Below are positions 1-10,091 of a stretch of DNA of 64,000 nt, piece by piece. The notes beneath the pieces were generated by a model that saw only the letters and a program-made list of their open reading frames with translations, did no database searches and was not told where the DNA came from. Source of the stretch: Selaginella moellendorffii (lineage: Eukaryota > Plantae > Lycopodiophyta); contig NW_003314291.1 of assembly GCF_000143415.4 (NCBI RefSeq), forward strand, positions 655,316 to 719,315, written 5' to 3'. The position numbers and the translations under genes were made by a program. Numbering within the stretch: the stretch's first letter is position 1; each line of letters opens with the position of its first letter.

Positions 1-47
1 AGAGACGTTCGATGTGGGCATCGAACTTCTTCTATGGGTGGTGGAGT

Positions 48-1195
48 TGTAAGGAACCAACTCGCCGAGGTGTCGTAGGCTAAGGGAACCCCGAAAGCAT
101 GACCAAAATGACAAAGAGTTCATCGGATGGGACCAAGTCAAAGATCGAGTCCAAGACCGACTCTAGGACCGAGTTCGAGATCGAGTCCGGAATCGAGTCC
201 GAGACCGACTCGGGGACCGAGTTCGAGTCCGAGTTCGAGACCGAGTTCGAGACGGAGTCCGAGATCCGAAATCGGGTCCGAGACCGAGTCCGAAGTCGAG
301 TCCGAGGTCGGGCCCGAGATCGGGTCCGAGATCGAGTCCGCGATCGAGTCCGAGACCGAATCCGAAGTCGGATCCGAAATCGGATCCGAGATCGAGCCAG
401 AGACTAAGTCCAAATACTAATACGGGTCAAGGGGTGAAAGCCCAAAGCGTGCGTCCCCCAGGGGGGGGGGGCTGCAGGGGGTTCCAAAAGTATAGTAGGG
501 ATAGTGAGGTCCAGGAACCAGTTTTGAAGGGACTCTCCAGTTGGGCTTCCAAACCGACTTGAGGTTGGGACTGGGACTAAGGGGCCTTGGGTGGGAGTGA
601 GCATGGACTTGGCTGGTGCCGGAGGGGCCATCCAAGGAAGTGCTCAAGAGCAGCTCCCACTCCCGAAAGGGAAACCGATTGCGGTGCTCCCGGCTCATGT
701 GGAGTGGTGCCCCACTTGAGTACCATGCGGCTCATTGGTCCTCGTCCTTCCTAGGGGCTTGGGCCTTCCTTCGGGATGGATGTGGGGGGCGAGGGGTACC
801 CATACCGGGCCGTTAGGCCACGGTGTTTCGTCCCGGCGTCCCGAAGCAAGTGTTGCACTCAAGACTTGGGATTTAGAGGGTCCCATGATCAAGTCTTGTG
901 GTACCAAGGGATGTTAGGAATCTGGAAGCTTGGTGTGCTTGGCTGCTTGTGCTTGCGGGGAGTGTAGCCGAACCTTAAGTCCAGTCTAACCCGGGGAGGG
1001 GGATTGGGAGTGATTTGGGAATCCGTGGAAGGATGGCTAACTCTCCGTTGCTCGTGCAGTGAGTAGCTGAAACCAAGTAGGAGCTGGTACCATAGGCGAG
1101 AACCTTGGCAAGGGAACTTAGCAAAAGCCAAGGCAGTGTTGGACGGATAGACGAGGTAAGCTGGCAAATTGGAAAGGAAAAATTTGTGGCTTACA
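48..1195 (+). mobile_element. 3' LTR of an LTR retrotransposon (element D); body lies left of the window
   Basis: Starts TGTAAGG right after the PPT-like ATGGGTGGTGGAGT that also flanks the LTRs at 10735 and 14742. Ends GGAAAAATTTGTGGCTTACA, resembling GAAAAATTAGTCGCTTACA of the other LTRs. Contains GAGTCC/GAGACC hexamer repeats and the shared GGGTGAAAGCCCAAAG core. Confidence 0.8.
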
Positions 1196-2858
1196 GCGTT
1201 GAGCTTCAAATCATTGGGCTTCCGGCCGTCCTCCACACCCATTGAGTTTAGCAACTCCCCGTCATGGTACCTCCTTAGCACATCTACCCATTTGTCAAAA
1301 ACAACTTTTGTCGCGAGTAGAATGTTATGGATGCTGAGTGTGTCATTGACCCCCAGTGTTTTCGAGAGAAGACTCGAGAATTCCTGCAATGGAAATGGCG
1401 TGAGGCCACATGCTATGCCACATGCAACGAGGCTTACCTGCCAGGCGCTAGTTGCTAGTGCACGTCCTTGTCCTGGTTTTTGTGGCTTCTTCAGTTGAAC
1501 CCAGAGCTTCCGTGTTCGTGCCAATGTCTCGTGCAGACCCGATTTGTAGCACGTTTCTTGCTTGACATTCTGCGCGTGGGAGATGTATATGATAGATCGG
1601 AGGGGCGAGTTGCCTTTTATCAGGCGGACAACTCTTGACTTGAAGACTTTCTTCACCTCCTCGCCCACCATAATATCCACAACTATCTGTTGCATCGCCA
1701 AGCTAGAATGCTGCCCGGAGACGGCATAGAACCGGATGTTCTGATCGTCCAACACCTTCCTATTGATCAAGTCTGGAAACCTCGTCTCGCCCTTCATTGT
1801 TCGGTAGTAGGGGATCACGTCTGCGATGTCGGGTGTTACTGGACTTGCCAGCATCTTCTGCTTCAGTTTCTCCACCCACTCATCAGATACTAGCCTGTGG
1901 TTGTATTTGCTTTGGATCTCGATACGGCTCACGTCGATTGTATATACTTTGTTGGAATAGTAACAAGTACTATTATCTGCGACGATTTTTGCTGCCTCTT
2001 CTTGCTCTTTCTGCTCTTTGCGGCTCTTCTTTTTGGTGGGTGTAGTGTTCGAACCCGAGGCAATGGCATCACCGAGTAGCTTCTTTTTTGGAGCAGCAGA
2101 GTCGGACGTCGGCTTGAGCTTGACCACCCTTTTCTGCTTCGGGGTAGTTTCCAGATCGACCCCCTTCCCCTTCGCTTCGCAAACTGGAGGCACTCTCAAC
2201 GGCTCAATGTTGGAATATAGTTTTTGAACATCGCCGTAGGTGAGGTCCGTGGATTCCATGTGATCTTCATAGACCCGCAGCGTCTTTGAAATTGTGGGCC
2301 TCCTGGACAACCTCTCCCTAGCTCCCTCTAGGAATTCCTCATAGCCGCTGCCCCCCTCCGGGAAGCCGCTAGGATGTGCAAGGTGGATCTTGAAGGCGGA
2401 CGCTGTCTCTACCACAAGTGCCAGTCCATATTCTTGCATGGAACTGCATGGAGTGTCTGTCACTTGGATGAGGATCCCCATGCATTCTTTTCTCCCACCA
2501 TCTGTGTTGTACAGCATCAGATCCTCGCCTTCCATCCCGAAAGTCCAACTGGTGAGCTCCTCCCCCTTCTCTGCATCCACATTGACAGTGGCTGGAAGAA
2601 GAACGCAATTCCTCGCCTGTTCAAAAATGCACAACAATTAGAGCTGACAGATGAAAAGCTAGCAGCTGGAAATAACGTGAGGCCACACGCCATTCACCAC
2701 TGCATCAGATGTCTTGAGGCTGCATCCTAAGATGGCGTGAGGCTACACGCCATCTGTAACCGGACTGCACTCGAGAGCCCGATCGGTGCATGCCAATGTT
2801 GCTACTGAATGGCATGTGGCCTCATGCCATTTTCTACTTCGTCTAAAAGACTTACCAT
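1196..2858 (-). pseudogene. ParB/Srx-fold domain protein, 3' part cut off by LTR insertion
   Basis: Predicted join: ATG 2858-2856, GT..AG intron 2855-2617, exon 2616-1438, 54-bp in-frame intron 1437-1384, exon 1383-1196. Motifs IDVSRIEI..NHRLVSDEWVEKLKQKM ... FYAVSGQHSSLAM ... ISHAQN fit the ParB-N/DGQHR pattern. K-rich NLS-like stretches are present. The ORF-track residues after LKLNA come from the LTR. Confidence 0.65.
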
Positions 2859-3079
2859 TTGAAGCCGAATGGAGGCCGTGACAATCGAGGCCGGACTCGC
2901 TGGCGAATGTGCACTGTGTGTGCAGCGGATCGTAGCAGCAAGGCTACTCTGCCACTTACAGTTGGAGAGTGGTGCTGAAATCTCCCGGGACGCCAAGTGG
3001 GCTGCGTGTGGGTGGTGGAGTGGGCGGCGGAGTTGGCGGCGAAGTTACAAACTGGGTGTGTCTTGAAGTGGACGCCGAT

Positions 3080-3240
3080 GCACACGAGCGCGATGCGAGC
3101 GCGAGTGTGATGCAAGCGCGAGTGGACGCCGATGCACACGAGAAACCTGTAGAGAAGTGAGCGTGATCGCGAGTGGGAGCGCGATGCGAGCGGGAGCGCG
3201 AGTGTGATGCGAGCGCGAGCGCGAGTGTGCGAGCGCGAGT
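3080..3240. repeat. GC-rich GCGAGC/GCGAGT low-complexity tandem repeat upstream of the ParB-like gene
   Basis: Visible gcgagcgcgagtgtgatgcgagc units; a related GCGAGCGGC array lies at ~5330-5455 before the transposase. Confidence 0.75.
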
Positions 3241-3559
3241 ACAAAGCAAAATGCAAAACCTAACCTCACACGCGCGAAATGTCACAACGGTTGGTAATCC
3301 CGCCACGTCATCATTCCTCGGACTTGGGCGCCACCATTAATTTCTGGATTGCCGCGCGCATGCAAGCACGCAAAATCCAAAAGAAATCCGCAACGTCATC
3401 ATTCCTCGGACTGCATGCACGCGAAATCCAAAAGAAAGATCATGATTGGGATATCATTTAATACCCTCGCTATATTTATACCATGCATGATTGGATATTC
3501 CAAAGCATCTTGTATTTCCAAAAATGGCAGATGTTCAGCTAAATAAAGAAATTCTATCT

Positions 3560-4960
3560 GTTTCTATTTTTCTCTCAAATCAATATTATAGCGTGTGGGC
3601 TCATGCAATTTTGAACCAAAGAAACCCAAAAAACGTTGGACCCAAAATATTTTGAAAAAACCCGAAAAACCCTAAACATTTTAAACCCAAAAATCCAGGC
3701 GTCCTGTGGCGTTATTCCTTCAATGGCGTGTGGGCGCATGCCATTTTCAGGGCCAAATGCTGAATGGAGAAAAATTCCCTTTCAGTGCAAATGCTGCAAG
3801 AGGCAGATGCCGAGCACAAAGGACTGTAACTACCTCACATGACACAGATAAACTTTTCTCTATTTGGCAAAGATAAACTTTATAGCGTGTGGGCTCATGC
3901 AATTTTGAACCCAAAAAATGCACCAAAAAATTCTCGGCGTCATCTGGCATTATCTCTTGAATGGCGTGGGGCCGCATGCCATTTTCAGGGGCACATAGGA
4001 GTATATTCCTAGGATATTCTGACACGCGCGAGATTTTTTTGAGTTTTCTGGAGATCCAACCGTTAGATCGCAACTAGATTTTACAGAATGGTATACAATG
4101 TCTTTCTTGATGACCCTGCAAAGAAGCATCTCAATCGGACACCACATGAGACCACACGAGCCTTACAATGTTTCAGGGGCATTTGCCATAGATCCGACCA
4201 TTATTTTGCTCCAAGATTTCACAGTTTGGTGTGCATTGACCTTTCCATCGAAACTGCAAAGGGACATCACAATCAGATGCGGGATCACAAGAAACTAACT
4301 TCACTAACTCTGGTTTCACCAAGATCTACGTAAGGAGTTATGAAATGAAAGGACCCTCTCTATTGAAATGTGTTTATGGTCCTAGGGGCATTGTGACATA
4401 TCAAAGGATTTTGCATCAAGTTCTGTATTTGCATGTTTATCAAGCTACTGAATTGCTAAACCCTAAACCCTAAACCCTAAACCCTAAACATGTGGCAAAT
4501 GCTGCGTGAAGAAAGATGCCCTTTCTGTGCAAATGCTGTAAGAGGCAGATGCCGAGCAGATGTATCTCAGGCTAGCGAAGGGGACGAACGAAAGCTAGCT
4601 ATAAACATGACGGGATGCAAATAGATTACTAGGCTGGTCCTACGAAAATCAAAAACCATAATTGAAAACATTGAAAATGCAAAAAGAAAGGTTTATAATA
4701 TTTTTGAATTTTAGGCAACCAAAGGAATGTAAGTAGGGCATGTGTTTGTAAGTTTAAAAATGCCTCAACCACTTAAATTCCCAAGTAAATAAAGCTGTTT
4801 CTATTTTTGGTACAGGTAAACTTTATAGCGTGTGGGCTCATGCAATTTTGAACCCAAAAATGCACCAAAAAATGCTCGACTAGCATTATTCTTTGAATGG
4901 CGTGTGGCCTTATGTCGAGCATTATTCTTTGAATGGCGTGTGGCCTTATATTGCCATAAA
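3560..4960 (+). repeat. Dispersed internal direct repeats of the DNA element
   Basis: TTATAGCGTGTGGGCTCATGCAATTTTGAACC recurs at ~3586, ~3880 and ~4823, each followed by a second palindrome copy. Confidence 0.8.
4456..4489 (+). repeat. Interstitial plant telomeric repeat (CCCTAAA)4 plus partial units
   Basis: ctaaa ccctaaa ccctaaa ccctaaa ccctaaa c read directly. Confidence 0.9.
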
Positions 4961-5819
4961 TGGACGTACACACACAGCATAATTATTCCTTTACACGGCG
5001 AATAATCTTGGCGCGGATCGCTGACATGGCATGGCAAAGTTCGAATCACTGACATGGCACAGCTGGATCGAGGCAAGGACATGATGTGACAAAGTTCAAC
5101 GTCCGACAGCAAAGTCTAGAAGCTACTCAGTTTGAAATTTGTCAGAGGAATCATAAGATCTGGTTTGTCAGAGGATTTGATGTGACGTTCAAGCGTGTGT
5201 TATTTTTGAATTCTCGAACTCATTCCTAGGTCTATCATTTTTGTGCGCCGTGTTCTTGGTTCCGCTGAGCGCAGTGAGCGCTGCTTGTGTAAGCGGCGTT
5301 GTGGGCTGTGGTTTATGCGTCTACGAGCGGTTGCGGCATTGCGAGCGCCATTGCGAGCGGCAGTTTATGCGAGTGGCAGTTTGTGCGAGCGGCGCTACGA
5401 GCAGTTGCGGTGTTGCGAGCGGCGCTATGAGTAGTTGCAGTGTTGCGAGCGGCACTGTCTTTGGTGTGGCTACCGCTTCCTCTTGATATTCGCCACTTGT
5501 GCTTCCTGGTATGTTCACCATGGAATGGCTTAGGACCACATTTAGAAATGGCATGAGGCCACATGCCATCTTGGGCCCTTGCAATTTCATGGCTAGCGTA
5601 TTGTCATGTATGTTTTTACTTGCCTGCAGCTGTGTGTATATCAAGATGGCATGAGGCCTCATGCCAATTTTGTGAATGCGAAATTTCACGTGGGTGTCAA
5701 TAGCATGTTTGAATAATGGCATGTGGCCTCATGCTATTGAGGTTGTTTGGTATGTTATGATTTAGGCCATTCTCCAATCATTTTTTGTATGGTCTTAACT
5801 TCTTTTCTGCACTTTCAGA

Positions 5820-8800
5820 ATGGCCTTCAGGGTTGGGGAAAAGGTTTACATTTTGAATGGTGGGAAGAGAGTTGCAAAAGGGACCCTTGTGTCTATGGAT
5901 CGGAACTTTGTTATACACTGTGAAAGGCTTGGGGAAGGCAATGCTGCTGTATCAGTAGAGACTGTCTTCGATGGGAATGTGGTCGCTATTGAACGAGGAG
6001 AGATGGTCGTCGGGGTAAATGTTGTTGTTGCCTTGAAAAATCTTTAGAAGAAAGCAGATGTTGGGGACCGCGCAAGTGCGACGCATGTTCCCTCCGTGGA
6101 TCTTAAGAACCGTGCTACATGGATTCAGGCAAAAGTGTTTCTAAACAACCCCGAGGGGGAGGTGGTAGCTGAGGGCTTAGCCACAGTTGTCGATCCAAGA
6201 GATGCGGTTGCTAATCAAGAATTGGGCTGGGATGATATTGGAGTTGCGATTTTAGAGGTTGTTGACACAGAAGAAAACAGTCTGACTATTGGAAGCATTG
6301 TGCGGTGGAAATTGAGGCACTTAGTGTTTGAGAATGTGAAGGATTCACAATCAAACACCACTACAACTGATGACAGAACATCTCTTCATGGGAAAAGAAA
6401 GTACACCTTCCTAAAGCGCAGCCAAAGGGATCTGAGCAACGAACCGAAAAGGCAGAAAATGGCGATGGAGGTTCGAATGGTCTCGACAGTTGCTTGTTGC
6501 AAGAGGAGGTGCTGTCAACATGCTGATTGGGATGCTATTGAAGAGGAGAGAGCAAGATACAAGACATTGTCCTGGAAGGCAGCTCGCAATTTTGTGTATG
6601 AGGCATTACGGTCATCTGTTGATGCTTCAGAACATCAGGTGGGGGGCATGGTCTTCCAGAGGGGTTTGGTCTGCATGAAGGCATGGAGAATCATTTATGG
6701 AGTCCCTCGAAGCACATTCTACAGAATCAAAACTGAGTTCGAGGAACAAAGGGTTCAACAGGCAGTCCATGGGAACGACGGTACGCACAAAACCAGGGGT
6801 CATGTTGTATATGGAGAGGCAATCTTCAAGAGGTTTGTCGAGACATGTAGCGAGCAGCAACCACATAAAACCCGCCTCTTGGAAGATGGAACACGAGACA
6901 CCCAATGAGTTCTCCCTTCCATGTATACCAAGGGGGCCATATTGGAAGATGTGAATCGGGAACTCCAGAGTAATGGCTACAGGAAGCTGAGCCAATCTAG
7001 ATTTAGTAGATTGTGGAGCAACAGGTTCAGGGATGTGAGTATAGGAAAGTACTCCAGCTTTTCAAAGTGTGACGAGTGCACTGCTATCAAAATGGCTTTG
7101 TCAAAGAATTCTTGCAGCGCTCAAGAGCGAGAGACGTTGGTTAGAAGGCGGCTCGACCACAACATCGAGCAGAGAAGCTGCAGGACTGCATATTATCATA
7201 ACAGGATTCTCTCCATGGAGAGACCTGACTCTTACCTCTGCATCATCCACGACAAAATGGACCAGAAAAAGACGTGCTTACCTCGACTCAATCCTGCCCC
7301 CAAGGCAATCTCTTCATCCATGCAGCTGCCTGTGTCTCTGTTTGGCATAATCGCTCATGGGCATGGTGCCCAGAACTATGGGAACTTCTTTGTACCTCTA
7401 TGGGGTGGCGGGGGTGCAAACATGATGATTGCGTCCCTAGCAAAACACTTAAGGTCTCTGCAAAGTGCGCAGACTGAGTTGAATGGCCAACCCTTGCATA
7501 AGGCCCTTGTCGATCGAACCCCATACAGGGTTCAGCTGGAGGAGGAGCAAAGGCTTGCAGTATCGCGTGGGGCCCCATGCCATCCCAGTGAATATGTTGG
7601 CCGTCAGATTGTAGGGTTATCACGTGAGGCCTCATGCCATTCCGACGAGGCTGGTCGCCCGGTGAATGCACAGCCTCATCCAAACGAAGCAGAATCTCAA
7701 GGAAGTTCTTGCGGCCGATGTGGCCTTCCACCCCATCTTCTGCTCCAAACAGACAATGCTGGCAGTGAGAACAAAAACATGTACGTCTTCGCGTACTTGG
7801 CGATGCTTGTTGCCAAAGGCATATTTGAAACGGTTACACTTGGCTTTCTCATGGTTGGGCACACTCATGAAGACATCGATGCCATGTTCAGTCACCTGGC
7901 AGAGTCCCTCCGGCGATCCAATGTCCTCACCCTCCCACAACTCTACGATGAATTCCAAAATTGCATCAAAGGCACTGTTGAAGCTGCACTTCTGACAGAG
8001 GTTCCAGACTTTAAGGGGTTTGTAAGAGGCTACATCAGGGATGGATCCGAAACGCTGATTGGCCACTCCAAGCCTCTTCAGTTTCATTTCAGCATGTGTG
8101 ACGGTGCTCCAGTGATGAGGTACAAGATGAGAGAATGGGACACAGTGTGGCTGCCAGTGGACGGCATTGAACTCTTCAAGAGAGATCCCATAACTGGGGA
8201 ACCTATGATTCCTCAGGGTTCCCCACGGCCGATGCACCCGGATGGACTCAAAGACCAGGAAAGTATAGTGGCCGGGATTAGACAGCATATTGCCTTCTGG
8301 AAGAGGGGGTTGGTGTTTGGCGGAGAATCCTATTTTCAGAGGTGCAAGCCTTTGCTCGAATACTGGGAGAAGATTATATCTGCTATCCAAAATGGGCCGG
8401 TTGTATATGAAGAATTGGAAGAGTCCTTTTGGCCAGAACCCAGAGCACCAGATAGTAGCGGAACAATGTCCTCTGGAAATGCAGTGACAGATAACGATGT
8501 TGAGGATCACTATTGTGGGCCGAGGAACAAGAAGCCGGATTCAGCATTCAATCCAGTACAGGTCTGCAAAGGAATGGTCGTGCTTGTCAGACCCAGTAAT
8601 AAAAAACAAATGATATGGGTGGGGCGCTGCATCACTGATGCAGAGGAGGACGCGGAAACTAACTCCTTCAATGTAACTGTGGAGTGGTTCAAGCCAAGTT
8701 CCGGATATACGAAGGATTGCCTAGAAAAGAGATGGGTGCTGAATCCAAGGGATCCCAGCATGAGCATATCGGTGGATAATGTTGTGCATGGTTGGATGCG

Positions 8801-8961
8801 GAAGCAGAGTGCCACCATCACCTTGCCAGACCATGCAAGAGATGCAGCAAGAGCATTCATAACTCGGGTTCAAGGTGAGATTCATTAATATTCCTTTACA
8901 AAGTTTCTAATGTATTTTATTTCAAGGTGAACAATCCGAATCTGAATCAGAGGAGGCTTGA
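5820..8961 (+). pseudogene. DUF7869/Sola1-like DDD transposase (~1030 aa) with two in-frame stops
   Basis: ORFs 5820, 6096 and 6921 share one frame, separated by TAG (6045-6047) and TGA (6906-6908). Motifs IIHDKMDQ, QTDNAGSENKN and FLMVGHTHEDIDAMFS, plus Cys motifs CCKRRC and KCDEC. A probable 52-bp terminal intron at 8875-8926 gives ...GEQSESESEEA*. Confidence 0.8.
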
Positions 8962-9176
8962 TATAGTGTGTGAGGTAAAACAAAGATGATGTGACATATG
9001 CATTTACCAATCACACGTGCATAAATCTAATAATATGGCGTGTGGCCCATATTAATGGCACATAAACCCATATTGTGGGCTTACGTGCTTTATGTACCAT
9101 CATTCCCTTGCAGCGTGTGTGTTGGTTTCCTTTTATAACACAACGAACTCCATATTTTAGGGTGAAGAGCGTTCTC

Positions 9177-9434
9177 ATGGCAAGCACAAAATCTGTAAGT
9201 GAGGTAGAAAAGGAGACGGAGAAGGAGATAGGTGAAGATGTAGAATATATAAGTCTTCCAAACTCCCCGTACTATACTCCAGGTGATCATTTTTCTGAAC
9301 AAACGGCAACATTAACAACTATCGAGAACGCCCCAGTAACGTCAGAGACAACAATCCAAAGCAAAACAACTGACCCGGAGAAGGATGATAGTACCGCTGA
9401 GAGTACCAAAAAGGAGGTGTCCACTAGCGCTTAG
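9177..9434 (+). CDS. Possible small acidic S/T-rich ORF (85 aa) inside the DNA element
   Basis: Open frame MASTKSVSEVEKETEKEIGEDVEYISLPNSPYY... flanked by palindrome copies; no recognisable domain. Confidence 0.25.
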   Translation: MASTKSVSEVEKETEKEIGEDVEYISLPNSPYYTPGDHFSEQTATLTTIENAPVTSETTIQSKTTDPEKDDSTAESTKKEVSTSA

Positions 9435-10091
9435 GCTTATAATGGCGTGTGCCCTCATGCCATTTACTTGATCACCAAATACCTTTTTCCCTTTGCACTA
9501 GTATATCTTAATACCGGTCTGAGAAATAGAATGGCATGTGCCCTCAGGCCTTTTACTAAATCACCTTTGAAAGAAATGCAAGCCTCTATGTCGTAAAAAA
9601 AAGGTACTAGAGAAATTCCTTAATAATATGAATGTTATTTAGTTTCATGAAAATACACTAAGGGTCAAATGAGTTAAATGACTTCTCCAGACTAGCAATG
9701 CCTCTTGCTACACCTTCACAATTAGATTCGTTAGAAAAAGATAACATTGAATAATATCTAAATGTTCTCACCATTAAGTTATATGTCTGGCTAATAGGAA
9801 TGATGTTCATCTTGGAAAGCTCACCACACGCTCAATGAACAAACAAATAGTGTGTGCGCGCATGCCATCGCTCTTCTTTAGCTTCAGATTCGGCTTGTTC
9901 ACCTTGACAATGAGATTTATTATACAACTAGATGGACTCAGTCTGGACATAAGGTCACCACGCTAGTCACCATGCCCCAGATATGTCTAGCCCCTGGACA
10001 AAAAACATATAATTTCACGTCATTTTCAAATACTTGAAAATTTGTACCTAGTCCCATTTTACTGAATAAATCCCACTTTAACGAAATAGAG

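Noticed and set aside
889-1195. C-terminal ~100 aa of the 582-aa ORF
   Set aside because: Read-through into antisense LTR sequence; not part of the original gene.
1395-9868. Palindromic repeats as a CRISPR array
   Set aside because: Spacing is irregular (tens of bp to kb), copies lie inside introns and ORFs, there are no cas genes, and the context is eukaryotic.
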